Below, one piece after another: positions 1 to 14,384 of a DNA stretch of 64,000 nt (positions are counted from its first letter, which is position 1; every line of letters starts with the position of its first letter). The position numbers were made by a program, and so were the translations under genes. The stretch comes from Octopus sinensis (Eukaryota): the NCBI RefSeq assembly GCF_006345805.1, contig NC_043022.1, positions 23,064,001 through 23,128,000 of the forward strand. Direction: 5' to 3'. The notes under the pieces are model-generated. The model was not told the origin of the DNA. It searched no databases and saw only the letters and a list, made by a program, of their open reading frames with translations.

Positions 1-1102
1 ATGGTATTCAGGTTATGTGTGGATAATACAAGATTTGGGAAGATGATTGACAATGCTGCTGCCTTCTTCTTCTTCTTCTTCCAATCAGGACTCACGCCAT
101 TAACCACAGAGAATAATCTCTCATTTGAGCCTACTCTAAGCTACTAAGAATGCGTGTGGCAATTTGAAGATCCACCCACCACACGCGATAGACTGGCGGT
201 TGCACGGGTGCGAAAGCTACATTGTTATCCCCATTCCGTAAACGGTGGCTTTTAACAGGTGGAGAGCAGAACCATCCTGGGGTACAGAGGATTAGCAATC
301 TAGACTAGGGTCTGAAAGTTTACCACACCATAGTGGGTTACACCATGGTTCCTCTGCTTTGTGGCAGAAGTAGGAAGAAAGAGTGAGAGAAAGTTGTGGT
401 GAAAGAGTACAGCGATGTTCTCCACCCCTCCCCACCGGAGCCTCGTGGAGCTTAGGTGTTTTTGCTCAATAAACACTCACAATGCCCGGTCTGGGAATCG
501 AAAGTGCATTCTTACGACTGCAAGTCTGCTACCCTAACCACTGGGCCATTGCGCCTCCAGTCAATGCTGCTGTTGCTGTTGTTGTTGTTGTTCAGCTTAA
601 AGTCAGCCTTCATCAATCACACTTATGATAAAAGACATTCCAGATGTGACATTCTTTTAATTAAACAAAGCACTCAGGATCCGATCACACTATAGAGTGA
701 TTTGAAGAAGTTTTGACTGCTATTTCTAGCAAGTACAGTGACAAGGTAGAAGCACTTTTTTGGGCTCCCAATGATGTTGTTAATACAACTATTGTTGATA
801 ATGCCAGAACTGCTCTCATTAACCCATGTTCAAGCAAGGTCACATGACTAACACAACCTCACTCATTGGTTACTGGATCAGCTTGTCATGTAACTAACAC
901 AAGGGATACCTTTTTGGCGGATTCCTTAGCTAGTACTTGAAAGTTTCTATTTTCTAGGTGACCTAATTGGAAGTTGAGGAAAGTGTTATGAATGCATTGT
1001 AGCCAGAGTAAGAACAAGGGTGACAAAAAAAAAAAAGGGTTCATTCTCTTTCTTAATGCAGGGTAAATTGTATGAAAACTAGAGATAATTTAATAATTAT
1101 AG

Positions 1103-1516
1103 GGATCTTTTTGGTTTGAACGGCATTTTTTTCTAGCGGTGCCATATGAAATTGTCACCCATAATTATGACCCTAGTATCGATCTATTGCATTTCAATCT
1201 GGGTTAGGGTTAGGGGTGGGGATGGGGGGAAGGGTATCTTTTTTTCATCACAAATGTAAATAAACCCAATCTGTTTCTTAAACAAGGGACATATTCATAC
1301 GGCACAGAATGTTATTTACCTCAATGGACGTCATTGAATAGTTGAAATTGCAGAAATTGAAGAAAAAAAACAAATATCTTACAAACTATAGAATTTTCTC
1401 AATAAAGTCAAGAGAAAAAGATGTTTTATAAACACATTCTACCAGTATACGAAGTTTAAAATTTTTTAGTTACCTAGAAATTATGTTAAAAACTGCCGTT
1501 CAAACCGAAAAGATCC
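1103..1516. mobile_element. MITE with ~29-bp GGATC TIRs and internal TTAGGG-like tract
   Basis: TIR GGATCTTTT(C)GGTTTGAACGGCA; 8-bp TSD AATTATAG (1095-1102/1517-1524). Confidence 0.85.
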
Positions 1517-2940
1517 AATTATAGATATAACATGTATGTATATGATACATATATAATACAAAACCACATTAAAATACAAATCCAAAACTGAAGAAAACAC
1601 GAACAGAAGCAAAGAAAGAAAAAAGAAGATGAAAGAAAGAAAAAAAAACATGAATTCAACACCAAGTGCTTCAATTGGTCACATACCATATGGTTCATTG
1701 AAACCTACTGAAGCAAGGCAACACACACGCAGTATTATCACAAGCAATGGTGAAGCTAAGGCATTGGAACAGCCAAGCACCCTCACGGATATTGCCTGGC
1801 ACATAAGCTGGGTGAGCTGCCAATGACTGTATGATGTTTGTGCGTGAAGTACAGTTGCAAGGTAGTAAAACAAGGTCATTAACCCTTTAGTATTTAGTAA
1901 CAATAAATGTCGTCCTTTTCAAGCCTAGCTAGGCTCATGGGCCCAGTTTCCCGGTTTCTGTGTATATATGCCCCCCCCCCCAGCTGGATGGGACGCTAGT
2001 CCATTACAGCATTACTCAAGAAACAGGAAGAGAGTGTGAGAGAAAGTTGTGGTGAAAGAGTACAACAGGGGTCACCACCACCCCTTGCTGGAGCCTCGTG
2101 GAGCTTTAGGTGTTTTCGCTCAATAAACAAACACAACGCCTAGTCTGGGAATCGAAACCGCGATCCTCCGATCACGTGTCCACTGCCCTAACCACTGGGC
2201 CATCGTGTCTCCACTTACTATTTAGTATCCGACCAAAATATTTTTGCCTGCTTTATATTCAAACTGGCCAGGTCCTGCCTCACACACCTACCCTATGCTG
2301 ATAATGTAAAAATAAACAATCATATCACCAAAATCTTCATGTTACAAGATAATGCAAGCTTAATTCAAAACAATGTGAACAAAGAAGCAATTACATTTGA
2401 CAGAGCAATCTGAATGCTAAAGGGTTAAATACAGAGAATACAAAAAAGACTGGAATGAAATGAGAATATGCGCTATTTGGATGTGTAATGTTAATGTACA
2501 TGAACCAAAAACGTAAAAAACGTTGCCCTTTTCAAGATTAGCCAGGCTCAGGCGCCCGGTTTCCTGGTTTCTGTGGCATATGTATTCCACCCCAGGTGGA
2601 CGGGACACCAGTCCATCACAGCATTACTCAAGAAACAGGAAGCGAGAGTGAGAAAAAGTTGTGGCCACCCCACCCTGCCGGAGCCTCGTGGAGCTTTTAG
2701 GTGTTTTCGCTCAATAAACACACACAACGCCTGGTCTGGGAATTGAAACTGCGATTCTCCAACTGCAAGTCCGCTGCCCTAACCAGTGGGCCATTGTGCT
2801 TCCACAATGTATATGAACTACAGAACACAAATGAGCCAAAAGAAAAATTGAGTATTAAAGGAATCAGATGTAGTGTGCAAGAGAGAAAGTTGAGCTGGTA
2901 AGGGCATGTGATATATAGGAAGGATGACAGGAAGTGTTCC

Positions 2941-3332
2941 TCTTTTACTCTTTTACTTGTTTCAGTCATTTGACTGTGGCCATACTGGAGCACCACCTTT
3001 AGTCAAGCAAATCAACCCCAGGACTTATTCTTTGTAAGCCTAGTACTTACTCTTTCGGTCTCTTTTGCCAAACCGCTAGGTTACGGGGACGCAAACACAC
3101 CAGCATCAGTTGTCAAGCGATGTTGGAGGGACAAACACAGACACACAAACACACACACACATATACATATGTATATACATATATATGACAGGCTTCTTTC
3201 AGTTTCCGTCCACCAGATCCACTCATGAGGCTATAGTAGAAGACACTTGCCCAAAGTGCCACGCAGTGGGACTGAACCCGGAACCATGTGGTTGGTAAGC
3301 AAGCTACTTACCACACAGCCAACTCCTGCGCC
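2941..3332 (-). mobile_element. tRNA-derived SINE family A (internal microsatellite, GTAAAAGA-type tail)
   Basis: A box TGGCTGTGTGG, B box GGTTCAGTCCC, CCTTGGGCAAGT core. Other copies or halves: ~4546-4710, 6284-6680, 6880-7273, 12495-12700, 19981-20667, 29708-29870, 38010-38425, 39717-40115, 47254-47650, 54455-54737, 57687-58100, 60558-60960. Confidence 0.9.
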
Positions 3333-3347
3333 TACATAGTTTCCTAG

Positions 3348-3578
3348 GGCGGCGAGCTGGCAGAAACGTTAGCGCGCCGGGAGAAATGCTTAGTGGTATT
3401 TCGTCTGTCGTTACGTTCTGAGTTCAAATTCCGCCGAGGTCGACTTTGCCTTTCATCCTTTCGAGGTCGATAAATTAAGTACCAGTTATGCACTGGGATC
3501 GATGTAATCGACTTAATATCTATGTCTATCCATGTTTGTCCCCTCTATGTTTAGCCCCTTGTGGGCAGTAAAGAAATA
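3348..3578 (+). mobile_element. tRNA-derived SINE family B
   Basis: GGCGGCGAGCTGGCAGAA...GAGTTCAAATTCCGCC...AAAGAAATA; 13-bp TSD TACATAGTTTCCT. Other copies ~8380-8525, 14005-14340, 15033-15470, 24648-24876, 37099-37329, 41599-41829, 47805-48055. Confidence 0.9.
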
Positions 3579-4740
3579 TACATAGTTTCCTGTAGAAGAA
3601 ACCTGTGGAAGATGAAGACCAAGTTGGCCATGGGAAAAAGAAGTAAAAGTGGATCTCATGCGAGTAACTCTCATAAAAAGAAATGACAAAAGACTGCAAG
3701 AAGAGGCGTGAGACTCTGCGAAGTAACTCCTGTCACCAACTCTTACAAGCATGGATAAACAGCTTTAAAAAACCAAACAAACAATAATAATGATGTGCTT
3801 GGGCTGATGTGATGCAGACCCCTTTCAGTGGCTGCTGGGTTAGCTAGTCACATGACTATTGTAAATGAAACTACATCATTTCTTGCTTAACAACCAACAG
3901 CACATGACACAAGCTTTCTCATTGGCTGCAATAACAGTGAAAAGTTAATGGAAGCCCAGTTAAAACCAACTCGATGAGGTTTATGAGGTTTACTTTGAAC
4001 TTCTGAAGCTCCTGTGGTTAATTCATAGGTTATATTCTCACAGACAGACTAAGCATACCAATTAAAAGTATCACATAGGATTTCCATACGTATATTTATT
4101 CATACTTCTGCTATTGATAGCAGTTATATAATTCTATATATACATATATATTTACATACATTTGTACATCTACTTAAGTGTCTGTGGGAATGTTTATAGA
4201 TAGCAAACTTCATTTACAATGAAATCTGTTGTCTTTCCTTTGCTAACAAATTAAGCGTTGGCTCTGTGTTTTTAATTTAGTTCAAAAAAAAAAAATAAGG
4301 GTTAGCTTACAGGAAGGGCATCCAGCTGTAGAAACTATGCCAAAACAGACTTGAATGTGGTGCAACCACCCAGCTTGCTAGCCCTGGTCAAACTGTCCAA
4401 CCCCTGCCAGAATGGACAACAGACGCTAAATGATGATGATGATGAGGATATACACACACACACATTATGTATGCATGTATGACTGCATATATATATGTAT
4501 ATATATATATGTGTGTGTGTGTATATATATATATATGTATATATAGGTGCAGCTGTGGATGAGTGGTAAGTAGCTTGCTTACCAACCACATGGTTCCAGG
4601 TTCAGATTCACTCCATGTCACCTTGAGCAAGTGTCTTCTACAATAACCTTGGGCCGACCAAAACCTTGTGAGTGGATTTGGTAGACAGAAACTGAAAGAA
4701 GCTTGTTGAATATATAAATGTATAGATTTGCGTGTGTGTC

Positions 4741-4815
<75 letters not shown>

Positions 4816-5077
4816 TATATATACGCATATATATATATGCATATATATATACACATATATATACACATATATATACGCATATATATATACACACATATAT
4901 ACGCATATATATATACACACATATATATACGCATATATATACACACACACACACACATATATATACATACATATATACATATATATACATATATGCACAT
5001 AAACCGTCCAACCCATGTCAGCATGGAAAACGGACGTTAAAGGATGATGATGATGATGATGATATGCACATATATAC

Positions 5078-5125
<48 letters not shown>

Positions 5126-5693
5126 ATATACATACACACACACACACACATGCACTGAAGAGGTGATTATTCGAAACATTAAAATTAATGTAACAAAATT
5201 TTACATAAAATAAACAGAAAACAGAAAAAAACAAAAAAACAAAAAAACCCAGAGATGTGACTATGTCATACTTGAAAGGATTTCATAATTAAGCCTCTAA
5301 TTAATATTTCTGTCATGGGCCCCATATTATAAGCATGAGGTCATTGAGAAGAAACAAATATTTTTGTCCACTGCAAGTGAACCGTCATTAGAGGTCGTAA
5401 CCTTTGCTGTAAGAATGGAGTGGACTTCCTGTTGGTGAGATAAGAAACAGCTAGTATAGAGAAAGTAATGGCAACCTGATGATAATCGCCAGAAATATCC
5501 TGTCATTTGACATTACTCATTATCTTGTTATGGCAGTGGAATTCCTATCAGAAATTCCCAATAGTCTAAAAACGACAAAGAAATGGACCTCGTGGGACAG
5601 TTAGAGGGTGGCTCTTTTTTATTTTTCTCTGTATCCGGAACCATGTGGTTTGGTAAGCAAGCCACTTACCACACAGCCACTCCTACACCTATG

Positions 5694-5732
<39 letters not shown>

Positions 5733-5829
5733 CAGGGCATTGGTGTGGTGAAATTAATGAGCGTATAATGTTTCTACTATGATTATGTAATTATTATGGC
5801 TTAATTTTGCTGAAATGCGTATTTATATA

Positions 5830-6247
5830 CAGGGTGGCTCAAAAGTAGGTTTACAGTTATCATGCAGGCACTTTAAATATCTTTTAAAACATTTTATTAC
5901 ATTTAAATTTCTATCTTACAATCACATTGTTTATGCACATCTTAAACAGACAATGTTTAATCTCTCAAAGGCTCAAAATGTCCTCCTTCAACATAGCAAC
6001 ATTCTTCAAACCTCTTCAGAACACTCTTCAGATACACTCTAACACCATGTACCAGTCGTGGATGGAAAGGTTTTAATTTCAGCTTATGCATTAGGCATTG
6101 CAATGATGTTCTCGGCATGGATAGTTCTAGAGAAGCACATTGTGTGGAGTTTGAACTGTTTACAAATGTCATAGCTACTAACATCTCATTTTTTTCAGTC
6201 ACAGAAGTCTTAGGGCATCCAGGTTTTGGTAAAAAAAAAAGAAACAA
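5830..6247 (-). mobile_element. Deleted maT/DD37D-type mariner remnant
   Basis: TA|CAGGGTG terminus; minus peptides STQCASLELSMPRTSLQCLMHKLKLKPF and CCYVEGGHFE. Confidence 0.6.
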
Positions 6248-8116
6248 TTACAAATTAAAAGGGAGCTTGACAAAAGCATAGACGTGGCTGTGTGGTAAGT
6301 AGCTTGCTTACGAACTACATGGTTCTAGGTTCAGTCCCACTGCGTGGCATCTTGGGCAAGTGTCTTCTACTATAGCCTCGAGCCGACCAAAGCCTTGTGA
6401 GTGGATTTGCTAGACGGAACCTGAAAGAAGCCTGTCGTAGATTAATATATATATATGTGTGTGTATATGCTTGTGTGTCTGTGTTTGTCCCCCCAACATC
6501 GCTTGACCACTGATGCTGGTGTGTTTATGTCCCCATAACTTAGCGGTTCAGCAAAAGAACCCAATAGAATAATTACTAGGCTTACAAAGAATAAGTTCTG
6601 GGGTCGATTTGCTCGACTAAAGGCAGTGCTCCAGTATGGCCACAGTCATATGACTGAAACAAGTGAAAGGTAAAAGAGAGAGTAATGAATGACACTGTTT
6701 GTATGACAGTGACGCTTATTTACTATCATGTGATGTCAAGGACACACAGACACACATTTATATGTTTATGTATTGGTTATAGTAGTGGGGAAGTAATGAA
6801 CAAACAATTAGTCAAGGTAGGATTATAGTGTTTAAATTCATTTCATTCAATCTAAAAATAGGAAAATAATACAAAACACTTTTACTCTTTTACTTGTTTC
6901 AGTCATTTGACTGTGGTCAGGCTGGAGCACTACCTTTAGTCGAACAAATCGACCCTAGGACTTATTCTTTGGAAGCCTAGTACTTATTCTATCGGTCTCT
7001 TTTGCCGAACCACTATGTTACGGGGACGTAAACACACCAGCTTTGGTTGTCAAGCGATGTTGGGTTGACAAACAAATACACACACACACACACGCATATA
7101 TATACATATATACGAAGGGTTTCTTTCAGTTTCCGTCTACCAAATCCACTCACAAGGCTTCGGTCATCCCAAGGCTATAGTAGAAGACACTTGCCCAGGG
7201 TGCCCGCAGTGGGACTGAACCTGGAACTATGTGGTTTCTAAGCAAGCTACTTACCACACAGCCACTCCTGCGCCTAATATATGTGTGTGAGTGTGTGTGC
7301 GCGGGCGTGCATGTGTGTGTGTGTGTGTAGGTGCATGGTTTAGTGGTTAGGAGATTTGGCTCACAATCATAAGATCATGAGTTTGATTCCTGGTGTTGCA
7401 TTGCATCTTTGAACAAGACACTTTATTCCCCATTGCTCTAATCTGTTCAGCTGGCAAAAGTGAGTTGTACGTGTAATTCAAAGGGCCAGCTTTGTCACAC
7501 TTCTCTGTGCCATGCCGAATCTCCCTGAGAACTACTTTAAAGGTACACATGTCTGTGGAGTACTCAGCCACTTGCAAGTTAATTTCAATAGCAGGCTGTT
7601 TTGTTGATCAGATCAATTGCAACCTTTGCCATCATAAACACAAAACTGTTGGAGAGCCAGACCCATGTATGTATATCTGTCTGTCTGTCTATTCTATTTT
7701 TTTAATTATTATAAATCTTCTACTGAGGAGGGAGCTAGTTTCAAAAGTATAAGGCTCCATCTTTGGGATGGAGTTAAGACAGACAAATTCATATTTGGAA
7801 CTTGAGAAAAGTCTTTGCATATTTTTACTGTCCCACATGCAAGCATCCATGTATGTATTTATACGTGCATCAGGTACCAATTGCGTACTGGGGTCAGTCT
7901 AATAATGTATGTATGTATGTATGCATGTATGTATGTATGGATGGATAGATGGATGTGTGAGGGCTTCTTTCAGTTTCCATTTACCAAATTTTCTCAGAGC
8001 TATAGTTCCATGCAGTGAGACCAAACTGAACTTATGCAGCTGGGAGGCAAAACTCTCTACCACACAGCCAAGTACATATATGTCTCTATGTTCATAGATG
8101 TATCCATATGCACACA

Positions 8117-8163
<47 letters not shown>

Positions 8164-10249
8164 GTGTGTATTTGTGAGGCAGTGTGTACATGTATGTATG
8201 CTTATAGATATAAGCATATGTCCGCATATGCATAAATACTTAAAGATATATAGCTATGTATTTGTGTCTGTGTGTGTGTGTGTGTGTGTACATATTCTCA
8301 AACAAATTGAAATTAGCAGTATGATTTCAAGGAGTTTATCAAAACTATGATGAATTTATAAATGCATGTTTCTTCCATCCTTATTTCTTTATTGCCCACA
8401 AGGGGCTAAACACAGAGGGGACAAACAAGGACAGACAAACAGATTAAGTCGATTACATCGACCCCAGTGCGTAACTGGTACTTAATTTATCGACCCCGAA
8501 AGGATGAAAGGTAAAGTCGACCTCGAAGACTACACTTTCCCATCAGTCTCTGAAATAGTACATTTGGAGACATCTTCAAGGATAAAGATAGGTCATAGGT
8601 CACATGACTTTATCTGAAACGTTTGTATAAAGTAAGGCTATGTAAGATACAGCTGTTACTCACTCTCTCTCTCTCCACCCACACATATAACAGACATATG
8701 TATACACATATATCATCATCATGATTATTTAATGTCCATTTTTCTATGTCTGCATGGGGCAGATAGAATTTATTGAGGCAGATTTTATACAGCTGGATGC
8801 TCTTCTTGTTGCTAACACCCATTTCCAAGCAAGTTAATATTTGCACATGGAGATGCTTTACCTCATTAGTAATATTAACATTCTAAATCCAGAAACAGCG
8901 TTAATGAAAATGTTACACGTTAATTTAACATGTTAAACTTATCTTTATTAATGTATATGAAATTATACATAGATTTCCACAGATATAACTTGTGATACAC
9001 CCATGGACCTTTTTCGTTGGAAATTTTTGCCTACTGCACTAAAAAGTTTCCCCACCTCTGATTTAAACTGAATTTAAAGTAATACCATATTGGTAGGGTA
9101 CTAATAAATGTTTTAGTATTATTGCTCCCTTCTGTTTTCGGTCATAGGCCAAATTAGCCCTCCGCAGGAACTAGCTCAAAAGTCTACATGAAGTGTGGCT
9201 TTTAAGCTAGTACATAAATATATGAACACACATACACAACTAACTTCTTAAGATTTCTGCCGACCAATTCCACTCAAAGACTTTGGTCGACTCAAAGCTC
9301 TAGCGGAAGACACTTGTCCAAGGTGCCACATATATTTAAGAAGTAAGCTTCTTAAGTACACGTCCACACCTGCACTACACACACACAAGGGTGTTTTTAT
9401 GTGTTTTGATTATAATAATCTGGTTTTTCTCAAATCTGTTTCATTTCTATCTCAGAAAGATAATATTCACAGCCATAAAACTTCTTAATTCCTCTTCAAT
9501 ATTTTATTGACCACTTTGTCTCATTTTTAGGTGGATTCAAAAGTGTCTTCTCAAATACATGTGTTCTCTATATGTGTGTATATATGTATGTGTAAATGTA
9601 TGTATATATGTATATATGCATCTCTTTATCTATCTACATAAAAGTACATGCACACATACTCACACACACATACATGAATATCATTATATCATTTTATATT
9701 CCAATATAGACATACACACACATACATATATACATGTACACATAATTTTTATACCTCCATACGTACACACATATATACATATGCAGACCACATAAATACA
9801 CATTATTTTATCTATCTATATACATACATACACATATGCATGCACAAACACATATATACATATTTTTTATACCTGTAGTCATACAATCACACATATGCAT
9901 ATACACAAACATATTTTAAATGCCTACATACATACATACAGGCACACACATGTACATACAGACTCACACACATATAAACCTATCATTTTATATTTCAATA
10001 TACATACAAGCACACACATCTTTTATTTTTTTAAGTGTTTTAGTCATTAGACTGTGGCCATGCTGGGGCACTGCTTTGAAGAACTTTAGTCAAATGAATT
10101 GATACCAAAACTTATTTTTTTGTAAAACCTGGTACTTATTCTATTGGTCTCCTTTGTCGAACTGCTGAGTTATGGGAATGTAAACGCCCCAATACTGGTT
10201 GCCAAAGTGGTGAGGGCCAAACAGATACACCAAGACACATGCCCATATA

Positions 10250-10483
10250 CAGGGTTGGCCAAAAGTCACCTGACAGTAAATGAAAACAAATTTAATTCCA
10301 AGATTTATTTATGTTCAATAACTGAATGAATTTAATAAAAGTATCTAGATAAGAAATAGCATGAAAATTGTTCAAACTGAAATCCTTCTTCAGCGACACA
10401 TTTTTCCATTCGAGTCAATACAGAATTACAGATAGTATTTATGGAATCTTGGTTTACCGTTGGGTGACTTTTGACCAACACTG
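10250..10483. mobile_element. Tc1/mariner MITE
   Basis: TIRs CAGGGTTGGCCAAAAGTCACC/GGTGACTTTTGACCAACACTG, TA TSD. Confidence 0.8.
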
Positions 10484-11666
10484 TATACATACACACATAT
10501 ATATAGGCGTAGGAGTCACTGATTTTTATACAGTTAAGCTTTTATAAACTCTCCCTACACTCTTAGGAGTACCCATGTCTTGCCTCCCAAGTTTCATTTG
10601 ACGATTTGACTGAGGAATGGCAAACGAGATGGCTGCACCAGGATCCAATCTGATCTGGCAGGGTTTCTACAGCTGGATGCCTTTCCTAACACCAATCACT
10701 CCGAGAGTGTAGTGGGTGCTTTTACGTGCCACAGGCACGAAGGCCAGTCAGGCGGTACTGGCAACGGCCACGCTCAAATGGTGTTTTTTACGTGACACCT
10801 GCACAGGAGCCAGTCCAGCGGCACTGACAACAACCTCACTCAAATGTTTTTTGTTTTTATTAATTTTTTGGCATGCTTATTTTACCACAGAAATAATTAA
10901 AATCTAAAAAAATTATAAATACCTATTGGCCGCAGAAATCCGTGATATTCTAAGGAACCCCGTGATATAAATTTACATACATTAGCCAAAAACATCCACG
11001 GTGTACGGAAGACGCAATAGGTGAACCGCGATATGGCAAATGATTACTGGATATACACACATAAGTACTGAAATGTAACACCTCCTCTTATTCTACACAT
11101 CACAAGTTTTACAAGATAACAATAAACGTTTAAATCGGAACATTTAATTCGTTGTCATCAAATAAAAAGAGAGAAACAAACAGAAGACTCAAAAGCCTGG
11201 AATTATAGAAAACTTCCCAGGGAAATTGCAGTCATTAACATGAGCTATTAAATTGATCAGAGACAGAAAAATGCCTAGAAATAGATTATAATCCTTTCAA
11301 GACAGTAATTCTGTGTAAACATTTGTATTTATTAGCTGGGTTGATTTGTGAGTTGAGGCTATGATAAATAGTAGGTACATGGCTTGTCATTACAACAGTT
11401 TAAATAGTATGGCTACATTACTTGAAGGGTAGCTTAATTGTGTGTTTCTACCCAGTGTAAATAACACTATTTATCAAACAGTGAGAAAAAAACGGCTGCC
11501 ATTTAGTACAGCTACCTTCCATAAGTAATGGCTGAATAGTTCCAATACAGCCGAACAAATGACATCAGTTATTTTGTGGGGCAATTTTCAGTTTCATTCT
11601 GACCCTGTCAGAATGTTGCATGCTTTCTGAAGTTAGGTGATATATAAATGAAATCAATTATTTGTA

Positions 11667-12163
11667 CTGAAAATCCTCGAGTATAGTCCACCCTTGAGTA
11701 TAATATGTAGGGGATTTTTAGGGGGCTGTACCCCTGAGAAACCTAAACCTTGTGTATAATATGCACCCCTTCTCTAACTTGAGTCAAGGAGGTCTATATA
11801 ACGTCCTTGGTTTGTAAAACTGTATAGGATAACGTCCTTTATTATTATTATTGTATATATAACATAATGCAAACGTGTAGCTCTTTTGTGCATTTTGTTT
11901 GCAGAAATAAAGAAATAACAGTAATAACGTTTAATAAATGTTGCTTACTGCAAGTTATGGATGATTCTTTTATGACTTCATTGCTTTTAGGCTTAGCTTA
12001 AGGTATTTTCACGCCTGACATCACTAAATGCGTCTGAATAAACATTGCCGGACAGCAAATAGAGACTCAGGCATTGCTGAGAAAACAATTTTCAATTTTA
12101 ACCTCGTATATAGCACCTTTAAGTTTTGGGAAAAAAAAGAGGATTATACTCGAGGATTTACGG
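11667..12163. mobile_element. pogo/Tigger-like MITE
   Basis: TIRs CTGAAAATCCTCGAGTATAGTCC/GGATTATACTCGAGGATTTACGG, TA TSD. Confidence 0.75.
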
Positions 12164-14384
12164 TACTTGTGGTAGTATATATTATGCAATCAGACCCAAA
12201 CATACTCCGAGCAGCTATTTATGTTGATAGGTTGTGCTTGAGGAGACCTATTGAGTCAAGTACATCAACATCAAAATAAAAATCAAATGGAAATTGTAGT
12301 TGTAATACCTGTGCCAGTGGCATGTAAAAAACACCATTCGAACGTGGTCAATGCCAGCACTGCCTTGACTGGCGTTCGTGTCAGTGGCACATAAAAAGCA
12401 CCAACCGATCATGGACGTTGCGAGCCTCCTCTGGCCCCTGTGCTGGTGGCACGTAAAGCACCCACTAAACTCACAGAGTGGTTGGCATTAGGAAGTGTGT
12501 GTGTATACATTTTTGTGTCTCTGTTTGTCCTCCCAACATCGCTTGATAACCAATGCTGGTGTGTTATGTCCCCGTAACTTAGCAGTTCAGCAAAAGAAAC
12601 CGAAAGAATAAGTACTAGGCTTTCAAAGAATAAGTCCTGGGGTCGATTTTCTCAACTAAAGGCAGTGCTCCAGCATGGCCACAATAAAAGAGTGAAGCAA
12701 GAGTAATCCTTTCTATTATAGACACAAGGCTTGAAATATGGGGGAGGGGATAGTCAATTACATCGACCCCAGTTCTCAACTGATACTTAATTTATCAACC
12801 CCCAAAAGAATGAAAGGCAAAGTCAACCACAGCAGAATTTGAACTCAGAATGTAACGACAGGCAAAATACCACTAAGCATTTTGTCTAGCATGCTAACGA
12901 TTCTGCCAGCTTGCCGCCTTAAGAATGATAATAAAAACAACGATAAACATCACCTTCTTCAAGCCTAGCCAGGCTCATGGGCCCGGTTTCCCAGTTTCTG
13001 TGGCGTATGTGTTTCCCCCAACTGGACGGGATGCCAGTCCATCACAGCGTTATTCAAGAAACAGGAAGAGAGAGTGAGAAAGTTGTGGCGAAAGAGTACA
13101 ACAAGGGTCGCACCACCCTCTGCCAGAGCCTCGTGGAGCTTTTAGGTGTTTTCGCTCAATAAACACACACAACGCCCAGTCTGGGAATCGAAACCGCGAT
13201 CTTCCCAGCGCGAGTCCACTGCCCTAACCACTGGGCCATTGCGCCTCCACAATAATAATAATGTAAAAAGCACCAACTGATCGTGGCCGTTGCCAGCCTC
13301 GCCTGGCACGTAAAAAGCACCCACTACACTCACGGAGTGGTTGGCGTTAGGAAGGGCATCCAGCTGTAGAAATACTGCTAGATCAAGTCTATAGCCTGGT
13401 GCAGCCTTCTCGCTTCCCAGACCCCGGCCGAACCGTCCAACCCATGCTAGCATTGAAAACGGATGTTAAACGATGAATAATAATAATAATAATAATAATG
13501 ATGATAATAATAATAATTAATTCTTTTTATGAACGGAGGGAAAACAGTCCCTCTTTTTAAAATGCAATGTTAAGAATTTCATGTAAAATTAAGATAGAGA
13601 TAAGTCATACACTTGACCTAATTACAAACTCATTGATCTGACAAAAAGAGGTGTGGAAAGAATAGTTAGTATGACTTTCATACTTAATCTGTTTAAACTA
13701 CTACAGTAATTACACGCAATTGATTAAATTAATGAGGTCAGAAGACAGAGTTTTGATTTAGAAAGCAAAAGAGACAAGAGAGATGGGAAGGAGGAATATA
13801 AGTTCAGGGTGAATGACATTCTATAGTCAAATGATCAGACACCTTCCTGATTAAGCACAAATATCCACCAATGGGATGTAGGGCTCGTGGCTAAAATGAC
13901 CCACCCTTCCTCCACATGTTCAAGCTGTGCTACCTCCACCTGGTTGCAATGTTACCTCAATTAAGTGGATAGTGTCAGAGCTATGCCGTCGGGAACTTCG
14001 GGAACTGCCGTTACGTTCTCAGTTCAAATTCCGCCAAGGTCGACTTTGCCTTTCATCCTTTCGAGGTTGATAAATTAAGTACCAGTTATGCACTGGGGTC
14101 GATGTAATCAACTTAATCCGTTTGTCTGTCCTTGTTTGTCCCCTCTATTTTTAGCCCTTATTGGGTAGTAAAGAAATAGGTATTTCATGTCTTTACAGTC
14201 TGAGTTCAAATTCCGCCAAGGTTGACTTTGCCTTTCATCCTTTCGGGGTTGATAAATTAAGTACCATTTGCATACTGGAGATTGATCTAATTGACTGGAC
14301 CCATCCCAAAAATTTCGAGCCTTGTGCCTAGAGTAGAAAAGATTACTTATACTTTTTCTTCCAAAGTTTTGGAAGAAAAAAATA

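Noticed and set aside
1687-1826. Possible 140-nt minus exon (tacag|...|gtatgt; HWQLTQLMCQ...)
   Set aside because: Weak polypyrimidine tract, phase incompatible with the LIM exon donor, no recognisable homology
4388-5213. Long YI/IY/HT-rich ORFs here and at ~28.4, 31.7-32.9, 45.9, 50.2, 51.0 and 59.9 kb
   Set aside because: Translations of (TA)n/(CA)n microsatellites
5470-5510. CTGATGA...GAAA...GTC
   Set aside because: Stems I and II do not pair
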